This document shows, in pieces, positions 1 to 6,431 of a stretch of 8,417 nucleotides of DNA. Source of the stretch: a virus (lineage: Duplodnaviria > Heunggongvirae > Uroviricota > Caudoviricetes). The first letter of the stretch is position 1. Each line of letters opens with the position of its first letter. The notes beneath the pieces were generated by a model that was not told the origin of the DNA, did not search any database, and worked only from the letters and a program-made list of their open reading frames with translations. A program made the translations under genes and the position numbers. The DNA lies in IMG/VR virus record IMGVR_UViG_2671180637_000014, positions 1-8,417 of that record; one strand, given 5' to 3'.

Positions 1-1448
1 ACCTTATCAGTAAGGTGATGGGCAGTATTTCTAATCCTGAAATTCGCCGGATGGAGCTGATGAACACCATCGCCGGTATTGAGCGTTACGCCGCCGCAGA
101 GGGTGATGTGGGGATGTTTATCACGCTGACCGCGCCGTCAAAGTATCACCCGACACGTCAGGTCGGAAAAGGCGAAAGTAAAACCGTCCAGCTTAATCAC
201 GGCTGGAATGATGAGGCATTTAATCCAAAGGATGCGCAGCGATATCTCTGCCGTATCTGGAGCCTGATGCGCACGGCATTCAAGGATAATGATTTACAGG
301 TCTACGGTTTGCGAGTCGTCGAGCCACACCACGACGGAACGCCGCACTGGCATATGATGCTTTTTTGTAATCCACGCCAGCGTAACCAGATTATCGAAAT
401 CATGCGTCGCTATGCGCTCAAAGAGGATGGCGACGAAAGAGGAGCCGCGCGAAACCGTTTTCAGGCAAAACACCTTAACCGGGGCGGTGCTGCGGGGTAT
501 ATCGCGAAATACATCTCAAAAAATATCGACGGCTATGCACTGGATGGTCAGCTCGATAACGATACCGGCAGACCGCTGAAAGACACTGCCGCGGCTGTTA
601 CCGCATGGGCGTCAACGTGGCGCATTCCGCAATTTAAAACGGTTGGCCTGCCGACAATGGGGGCTTACCGTGAACTACGCAAATTGCCTCGCGGCGTCAG
701 CATTGCTGATGAGTTTGACGAACGCGTCGAGGCTGCACGCGCTGCCGCAGACAGTGGCGATTTTGCGCTGTATATCAGCGCGCAGGGTGGGGCAAATGTC
801 CCGCGCGATTGTCAGACTGTCAGGGTTGCCCGTAGCCCGTCGGATGACGTTAACGAGTATGAGGAAGAAGTCGGGAGAGTGGTCGGCATTTACGCGCCTC
901 ATCTCGGCGCGCGTCATATTCATATCACCAGAACGACGGACTGGCGCATTGTGCCGAAAGTGCCAGTCGTTGAGCCTTTGACTTTAAAAAGCGGCATCGC
1001 CGCGCCTCGGAGTCCTGTCAATAACTGTGGAAAGCTCACCGGTGGTGATACTTCGTTACCGGCTCCCACACCTTCTGAGCACGCCGCAGCAGTGCTAAAT
1101 CTGGTTGATGACGGTGTTATCGAATGGAATGACCCGGAGGTCGTGAGGACGCTCAGGGGTGCATTAAAACACGGCCTGAAAACACCAAATCGTCAGCAAA
1201 GAAACGGAAGCCCGTTAAAACCACATGAAATAGCACCGTCGGCCAGACTGACCCGGTCGGAACGATTGCAAATTACCCGTATCCGCGTTGATCTCGCTCA
1301 GAACGGTATCAGGCCGCAGCGATGGGAGCTTGAGGCGCTGGCGCGTGGCGCGACCGTAAATTATGACGGGAAACAATTCACGTATCCGGTTGCTGATGAG
1401 TGGCCGGGATTCTCCAACTTTATGGCGTTCAGTAGTGAACATTACTGA
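1..1448 (+). CDS. A: Replication initiation endonuclease (P2 gpA-like, rolling-circle HUH family); 5'-truncated by the window edge
   Basis: The reading frame is open from the window edge (no in-frame stop upstream of nt 15) to TGA at 1446-1448. It contains the HUH metal-binding motif HWHMMLF (nt 345-365) and the twin-tyrosine nicking motif GYIAKYISK (Tyr codons at 498-500 and 510-512), as in P2 gpA and phiX174-type initiators. GC-rich, enterobacterial-like codon usage. Confidence 0.88.
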   Translation, partial: LISKVMGSISNPEIRRMELMNTIAGIERYAAAEGDVGMFITLTAPSKYHPTRQVGKGESKTVQLNHGWNDEAFNPKDAQRYLCRIWSLMRTAFKDNDLQVYGLRVVEPHHDGTPHWHMMLFCNPRQRNQIIEIMRRYALKEDGDERGAARNRFQAKHLNRGGAAGYIAKYISKNIDGYALDGQLDNDTGRPLKDTAAAVTAWASTWRIPQFKTVGLPTMGAYRELRKLPRGVSIADEFDERVEAARAAADSGDFALYISAQGGANVPRDCQTVRVARSPSDDVNEYEEEVGRVVGIYAPHLGARHIHITRTTDWRIVPKVPVVEPLTLKSGIAAPRSPVNNCGKLTGGDTSLPAPTPSEHAAAVLNLVDDGVIEWNDPEVVRTLRGALKHGLKTPNRQQRNGSPLKPHEIAPSARLTRSERLQITRIRVDLAQNGIRPQRWELEALARGATVNYDGKQFTYPVADEWPGFSNFMAFSSEHY

Positions 1449-1520
1449 GAATCTTCGGTTTTTATTAGTTGTGAATAAGGGGAATAGCGTTCTGTACATA
1501 TGGGGCTATGTAATAAATAT

Positions 1521-1556
1521 AAACCGTCAGTTCATTCTGACGGTTTATATATTTTT
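1521..1556. terminator. Bidirectional intrinsic terminator between the convergent gene A and the SIR2-like gene
   Basis: Perfect 10-bp inverted repeat AAACCGTCAG (1521-1530) / CTGACGGTTT (1537-1546) with a 6-nt loop, flanked by T-rich sequence on the + strand (ATATATTTTTAT) and A/T-rich sequence on the - strand. It lies just downstream of both convergent stop codons. Confidence 0.6.
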
Positions 1557-1560
1557 ATGC

Positions 1561-3042
1561 TTAGTATGATAGAAAATCATACAGGCACAATAATTTACGG
1601 TAATGAGTATCTATTTTGTGTGATATAGAGATAAGATATTTTCTGAGTTGTGCTAAGGAAATGGTGTCATTAAGTACACAATACATGATTGTATTGGCTA
1701 CTTTATATTCTTTTGTTGTTTCTAATATCTCATCTATTGTTGTTGCATCACATCTGCACGCTTTAATTCTAGTGAGTTGATTTATTATCTTATCCAGTTG
1801 TCTGTCTTTGTATAGCTTAACGTTTTCTAATTCAGGGCATACAGAACTAAATGCGTAAATTGGAAAGTGCTCATGATTTGTGATAGTTTGTTTATTCAAA
1901 AGTGCAATGAGTTGTGCGTTAGCTTCATCGACAATTTTAAAGTAATTTTGAATCATTTCAGATTTTGTCTGGTATTCGTAGGTAACAGTTCTTTCTGAGC
2001 CTACAGCGATTACCATTTCTTCATTCCGTAATTCATCGAGGTTTTCCGTGATTTTTACCTTGATTTCACCGCCACTTTTTATTGTATTCCAGACTTTTTG
2101 TACTTTTCTTATATCCATTGCGGAAACAGGGAGAATTAAATTAGATATGGCATCGTAAACGGCTTTGTAATTGTCTGTTTTGATTTTGTTAATTCTTATA
2201 ATGGATAAACCTTCAATATTAATATCATGTTCAGAAATAGTTGTAGACATGTTCCCCTCATCATATTCAACAAGGAGAAAGTTGTCTTTTATTTTTTTTG
2301 CTAGTTCAGTATTTAGATCTACATATGAAAATATTGTCTGCAGGAGGTATTTAATATTCTTATCACTGATGCTATATCCTAAAAAAATAATGGGGTTGTG
2401 AATGAATATAGATAATAGTTGAGCACGTATTAACTCATATTTGTCATTAAAGTTATTATAATCATCAGATGTTATGATTATGTTGTTGGGGTCACTAACA
2501 CAACCGTGTATTTTATATACCGAGCCATATGGATTGCTTAGTAATATATTGTTGCCAATAAGCGGGGAGAAATCGAATAAATTTTCGATAAGTTGATCGT
2601 AATTGGTGGTAATAATTGAGCCAATATTCTTTCTTGTTTTTATTAAGCTATTAATCTCATCTCTTAAATCTTCTTTGAGAGGTGAGTCTTTTAATATTGA
2701 TGTTAGGTATATTTTGAACCGGCTAAGTTTTTTTCCATGACTCATGTTCTCGTAGAAAATATCATTGATGCTTTCAAACTTTCCGTTTCTGTCTTCGGCG
2801 AGTTTCTTATTGAAGATATTCTCTAATTTTGTTGCAAGAATGTCGTATCTGTATTCGTCACCTTCAATACTTTCCGATTTAAGATCATAATAAAATTCAG
2901 GATTGCCAGTTAAATCAACGGCAATTTTCATCAATAACCCATCCCAACTGAATGAGTTTTGCAGATATCTTAGACTAAAACCTGTACCTATAAAAAGAAC
3001 AGGGTGGTTTTTGTACTGGCTGACAAATTCTTTGATTTCCAT
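1561..3042 (-). CDS. SIR2-like (ThsA/DSR-type, SIR2_2-like) predicted NAD+-hydrolase with an uncharacterized C-terminal domain; candidate single-gene anti-phage defense protein (phage moron)
   Basis: 493-aa ORF, ATG at 3042-3040, TAA at 1563-1561, with no competing long ORF. The N-terminal half has the ordered SIR2 motif set: glycine-rich loop VLFIGTGFS (aa 15-23, nt 2974-3000), TTNYDQLIE with the predicted catalytic Asn147 (nt 2596-2610), YKIHGC with the predicted catalytic His179 (codon 2506-2508), and FLGYSISD (aa 220-227). Base composition is strongly AT-rich compared with the flanking phage genes. It sits at the gpA-cos position where P2 has tin/old. Confidence 0.8.
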   Translation of the reverse strand: MEIKEFVSQYKNHPVLFIGTGFSLRYLQNSFSWDGLLMKIAVDLTGNPEFYYDLKSESIEGDEYRYDILATKLENIFNKKLAEDRNGKFESINDIFYENMSHGKKLSRFKIYLTSILKDSPLKEDLRDEINSLIKTRKNIGSIITTNYDQLIENLFDFSPLIGNNILLSNPYGSVYKIHGCVSDPNNIIITSDDYNNFNDKYELIRAQLLSIFIHNPIIFLGYSISDKNIKYLLQTIFSYVDLNTELAKKIKDNFLLVEYDEGNMSTTISEHDINIEGLSIIRINKIKTDNYKAVYDAISNLILPVSAMDIRKVQKVWNTIKSGGEIKVKITENLDELRNEEMVIAVGSERTVTYEYQTKSEMIQNYFKIVDEANAQLIALLNKQTITNHEHFPIYAFSSVCPELENVKLYKDRQLDKIINQLTRIKACRCDATTIDEILETTKEYKVANTIMYCVLNDTISLAQLRKYLISISHKIDTHYRKLLCLYDFLSY

Positions 3043-3250
3043 ATTAATTCTCGAAGTTGATCATCGTTATCTCTATACAACCAAATAGCAGATAAAACTT
3101 CAAACAGACTTTCAAAAAGCGACATATGTTTTGGCAGAATAAGGATGAGCGCATCAGTGTCAAGAAGATTTGAGATCTTAATCTACTCAATAGGAACAAG
3201 ACGTCAGACTTAATTGTGTACTACCGGTGAAAACTGCCTGATAAAGTTGA
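3043..3250 (-). promoter_or_regulatory. Putative promoter/5' leader region of the SIR2-like gene
   Basis: AT-rich non-coding DNA immediately upstream of the ATG at 3042 on the - strand. There is a weak Shine-Dalgarno-like GAGA 7-10 nt upstream of the start, and a possible -35-like TTGAAG (plus coordinates 3098-3103), but no convincing -10 hexamer was identified by eye. Position and composition only; no transcription start site can be assigned. Confidence 0.3.
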
Positions 3251-3436
3251 ATCTACGGCATGATTCGTCGGTTTTTTATGCGATATTACCTTAGTTTCTG
3301 TTGTCCTTGGTAATACTGACGTTATTGCATTAAATTGCATGTGTTTTGATTTCATGCCCTTTGCCAACTACGTCAATACTGGTGCTGTTTCCACGTGTTT
3401 ATGCACTTGCATTAAAACCGCAACATGAAGCGGGCG

Positions 3437-3455
3437 GGCGAGGCGGGGAAAGCAC
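3437..3455. other. cos site: 19-nt cohesive-end sequence of P2-type phages
   Basis: The sequence GGCGAGGCGGGGAAAGCAC at 3437-3455 matches the P2 cohesive-end sequence as I recall it. It lies in a GC-rich block just outside the end of portal gene Q, the position expected for P2 cos. Confidence 0.75.
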
Positions 3456-3596
3456 TGCGCGCTGGCGGTGGTGCTGATTTTATTTTTTCAGCGTCTGAAC
3501 GCGCCGTGATGACGTTTAGATTGTTAGCCGGGGCGTTGGTGTGTCTGCGGGCTGTTTTGTGCGGTGGTGAGCGTGTGAGGGCGTGATGACGGGATG

Positions 3597-3619
3597 TAAA
3601 AAAGCCGCCCGCAGGCGGC
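3597..3619 (-). terminator. Intrinsic terminator downstream of portal gene Q (end of the P-Q operon)
   Basis: On the - strand: stem GCCGCC / GGCGGC (plus coordinates 3604-3609 and 3614-3619) with a 4-nt loop, followed by a run of six T's and an A (plus-strand A-run 3598-3603). It starts 5 nt after the Q stop codon. Confidence 0.65.
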
Positions 3620-3624
3620 GATGT

Positions 3625-4659
3625 TCAGCCGTTGTCAGTGTCCAGTGAGTAGTTTTTAAAGCGGATGACCTCCTGACCGAGCCAGCCGTTTATCTCGCGG
3701 ATCCTGTCCTGTAACGGGATAAGCTCATTGCGGACAAAGACCTTTGCCACTTTCTCAATATCGCCCAGCGACCCGACGTTCTCCGGCTTGCCGCCCATCA
3801 ACTGAAAGGGGATGCGGTGTGCGTCCAGCAGGTCAGCGGCGCTGGCTTTTTTGATATTAAAAAAATCGTCCTTCGTTGCCACTTCACTGAGGGGGATAAT
3901 TTTAATACCGTCGGCTTTCCCCTGTGGGGCATAGAGAAACAGATTTTTAAAGTTGTTGCGGCCTTTCGACTTGACCATGTTTTCGCGAAGCATTTCGATA
4001 TCGTTGCGATCCTGCACGGCATCGGTGACGTACATGATATATCCGGCATGAGCGCCGTTTTCGTAATACTTGCGGCGGAACAGCGTGGCCGACTCATTCA
4101 GCCAGGCAGAGTTAAGGGCGCTGAGATATTCCGGCAGGCCGTACAGCTCCTGATTAATATCCGGCTCCAGCAGGTGAAACACGGAGCCGGGCGCGAAGGC
4201 TGTCGGCTCGTTGAAGGACGGCACCCACCAGTAAACATCCTCCTCCACGCCACGGCGGGTATATTTTGCCGGTGAGGTTTCCAGTCTGATGACCTTACCG
4301 GTGGTGCTGTAACGCTTTTCCAGAAACGCATTACCGAACACCAGAAAATCCAGCACAAAGCGGCTGAAATCCTGCTGGGAAAGCCACGGATGCGGGATAA
4401 ACGTTGAAGCCAGAATATTACGTTTGACGTAAATCGGGGAGCTGTGATGCACGGCAGCACGCAGGCTTTTTGCCAGACCGGTAAAGCTGACCGGTGGCTC
4501 ATACCATCTGCCGTTACTGATGCATTCGACGTAATCCAGAATGTCACGGCGGTCGAGTACCGGCACCGGTTCGCCAAAGGTGAATGCCTCCATTTTCGGG
4601 GCGCTGGCGGTCATTTTTTTTGCCGCAGGTTGCGGTGTTTTCCCTTTTTTCTTGCTCAT
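3625..4659 (-). CDS. Q: Portal protein (P2 gpQ-like)
   Basis: 344-aa ORF, the same length as P2 gpQ. The lysine-rich N-terminus MSKKKGKTPQPAAKK and the overall sequence are recognisable as the P2-family portal. Its ATG (4659-4657) overlaps the stop codon of P by one nucleotide. High-GC phage-backbone composition. Confidence 0.93.
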   Translation of the reverse strand: MSKKKGKTPQPAAKKMTASAPKMEAFTFGEPVPVLDRRDILDYVECISNGRWYEPPVSFTGLAKSLRAAVHHSSPIYVKRNILASTFIPHPWLSQQDFSRFVLDFLVFGNAFLEKRYSTTGKVIRLETSPAKYTRRGVEEDVYWWVPSFNEPTAFAPGSVFHLLEPDINQELYGLPEYLSALNSAWLNESATLFRRKYYENGAHAGYIMYVTDAVQDRNDIEMLRENMVKSKGRNNFKNLFLYAPQGKADGIKIIPLSEVATKDDFFNIKKASAADLLDAHRIPFQLMGGKPENVGSLGDIEKVAKVFVRNELIPLQDRIREINGWLGQEVIRFKNYSLDTDNG

Positions 4660-6431
4660 CAGTAAAACTCCAGAATGGTGGATGTCAGCGGGGTGCTGAT
4701 ACCGGCGGTGAGTGGCTCATTTAACAGAGCGTGCATGGTCGCCCAGGCGAGGTCGGCGTGGCTGGCTTCCTCGCTGCGGCTGGCCTCATAGGTGGCGCTG
4801 CGTCCGCTGCTGGTCATGGTCTTGCGGATAGCCATAAACGAGCTGGTGATGTCGGTGGCGCTGACGTCATATTCCAGACAGCCACGGCGGATAACGTCTT
4901 TTGCCTTGAGCACCATTGCGGTTTTCATTTCCGGTGTGTAGCGGATGTCGCGCGCGGCGGGATAGAACGAGCGCACGAGCTGGAACACGCCGACACCGAG
5001 GCCGGTGGCATCAATACCGATGTATTCGACGTTATATTTTTCGGTGAGTTTGCGGATGGATTCCGCCTGGGTGGCAAAGTCCATGCCTTTCCACTGGTGA
5101 CGCTCAAGTATTCTGAATTTGCCACCGGCCACCACCGGCGGTGCCAGCACCACGCATCCGGCACTGTCGCCACGGTGTGACGGGTCGTAACCAATCCATA
5201 CCGGGCGGGAGCCGAACGGATTCGCGGCAAACGGCGCATAGTCTTCCCATTCTTCCAGCGTGTCGACCATGCAGCGTTGCAGCTCCTCGAACGGGAACAC
5301 CGACGCCTTGTCGTCAACAAATTCACACATGAACAGGTTTTTAAAATCGTCGGCGCTGTTTTCGCGTTTAAGCTGCTCAATGTCGAACAATGTGCAGCCG
5401 CCTTTCAGGGCGTCCTCAATGGTGACAATCTGCCGCCACTGGCCGTCCGCACAGAGAAGCCCACCGGCAAGGGCGTTATGACTGACGTCGATTTCCACGC
5501 GTTCGGCGGCGCTGGCGCGTCCCCGGTTGAACAGTTCCCCCGACCAGAACGGGTAGGCGTCGTGCGCCAGCGTGGACGGGGTGGAGAAATAGGTCGAGCG
5601 CAGGTGACTCTGTGAGGCCATACCTGATGCCACCTTACGCAGTACCTGAAAATTCGGGATCCAGAAAATCTCATCGACGTACAGGTCGCCGTTATGGCTC
5701 TGTGCGGTGTTGGAGTTGGTGCCGAGAAAAATCAGTTTTGCACCGTTATTGCCCAGGACAATCGGGTCACCGGTCAGGTCAACGTCAACCAGCCGGGCAA
5801 AGGCAATGATGTATTCGCGGAACACATACGCCTGCGTTTTACTGGCCGACAGAAAAATCTGGTTATGGCCGGTTTTCAGGGCGCGCAGCAGCGCCTCGCG
5901 GGAAAAATAAAACGTCGCGCCAATCTGGCGGGATTTCAGGATATCGCGGATGCGGTGCTCAAGCCCGGCACGATACCAGTGCAACTGATAGTCGAAAGAC
6001 TGCTCAAAGAAAATCTGCTCCAGCTTTTCGATAGCCTCGTCACTGAAAAAATTCTTTTTCGGTTTGCGCCGCCCGCCTTTGTTGCGGTTAGCGATGTTCG
6101 GATTAAGGTCTGCCTCGTTGCCGGTCTGGCTGTAGCGGTTGACCCGTGCCAGTCGTTCAATCTGGCGTCCGAGCAGGTCAATTTCCTTGAAGTCACCGCC
6201 GGTTTTCTGCGGTTTGATGATGAGCTGGGTCAGCCGCGCTTCCAGACTCATTTCGACACGGCTGATGGGGGCAACACTGTCCCAGCCGTCGCGCTGTTTC
6301 CAGCTCTGCACCGTCGGGCGTTTCATCTGCAACATGGCGGCAATCTGCGGCACGGAAAACCCCTGCCAGTACAGCAGCGCCGCCTGACGACGCGGGTCGT
6401 GTAAAAGAGTGGTGTCTGTGGTGATGGTCAT
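4659..6431 (-). CDS. P: Terminase large (ATPase/endonuclease) subunit (P2 gpP-like)
   Basis: Long - strand ORF. The start is assigned to the ATG at 6431-6429 (protein begins MTITTDTTLLHDP, 590 aa, the P2 gpP length) rather than the upstream ATG at 6461, because a GAGG Shine-Dalgarno lies 6-9 nt upstream of 6431. The TGA stop at 4661-4659 overlaps the Q start. The sequence is recognisable as the P2-family terminase ATPase subunit. Confidence 0.93.
   Translation of the reverse strand: MTITTDTTLLHDPRRQAALLYWQGFSVPQIAAMLQMKRPTVQSWKQRDGWDSVAPISRVEMSLEARLTQLIIKPQKTGGDFKEIDLLGRQIERLARVNRYSQTGNEADLNPNIANRNKGGRRKPKKNFFSDEAIEKLEQIFFEQSFDYQLHWYRAGLEHRIRDILKSRQIGATFYFSREALLRALKTGHNQIFLSASKTQAYVFREYIIAFARLVDVDLTGDPIVLGNNGAKLIFLGTNSNTAQSHNGDLYVDEIFWIPNFQVLRKVASGMASQSHLRSTYFSTPSTLAHDAYPFWSGELFNRGRASAAERVEIDVSHNALAGGLLCADGQWRQIVTIEDALKGGCTLFDIEQLKRENSADDFKNLFMCEFVDDKASVFPFEELQRCMVDTLEEWEDYAPFAANPFGSRPVWIGYDPSHRGDSAGCVVLAPPVVAGGKFRILERHQWKGMDFATQAESIRKLTEKYNVEYIGIDATGLGVGVFQLVRSFYPAARDIRYTPEMKTAMVLKAKDVIRRGCLEYDVSATDITSSFMAIRKTMTSSGRSATYEASRSEEASHADLAWATMHALLNEPLTAGISTPLTSTILEFY

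Noticed and set aside
15-17. ORF-track start (GTG at 15) as the true start codon of the 477-aa ORF
   Set aside because: The frame stays open upstream to the window edge, and P2 gpA is much longer (about 760 aa). This is the 3' portion of a gene that starts outside the window.
643-981. Nested ORFs inside gene A (643..981 +, 675..923 -, 1215..1499 -, 1363..1569 +)
   Set aside because: They lie entirely within, or antisense to, a well-supported conserved coding region, have no ribosome-binding sites and have arbitrary composition. They are typical spurious ORFs in GC-rich DNA.
2171-2401. Small + strand ORFs antisense to the SIR2-like gene (2171..2401, 2903..3088)
   Set aside because: They are embedded antisense in the long - strand ORF, and AT-rich DNA yields few stops in some frames by chance. 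There is no translation signal or recognisable product.
1561-3042. Possibility that the AT-rich gene is P2 Old (OLD-family ATPase/TOPRIM nuclease) or Tin
   Set aside because: No Walker A P-loop (GxxxxGK[S/T]) is present, which an OLD-family ATPase would need. The length and motif content fit a SIR2 fold instead, and Tin is a much smaller protein.
1561-3042. Possibility that the gene is a complete Thoeris system
   Set aside because: Thoeris requires a TIR-domain ThsB gene next to ThsA. There is no second gene in the locus, and the C-terminal half lacks an obvious SLOG-type signature. At most this is ThsA-like in its SIR2 domain.
3125-3430. Short ORFs (15-29 codons) in the non-coding region between the SIR2-like gene and cos
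   Set aside because: They are very short with no ribosome-binding sites or recognisable features and cannot be separated from chance. A micro-protein is not excluded, but the sequence gives no support for one.
4611-4618. Homopolymeric run (A8 on the coding strand) in the 5' end of Q as a possible slippage or phase-variation site
   Set aside because: It encodes the lysine-rich N-terminus (KKKGK) that is characteristic of this portal. There is no evidence of a frameshifted alternative product, so it is probably just codon composition.
3798-4665. ORFs nested in or antisense to portal gene Q (3798..4097 -, 3817..4275 +, 4098..4577 -, 4444..4665 +)
   Set aside because: They overlap the conserved Q reading frame and are out-of-frame or antisense artefacts of high GC content.
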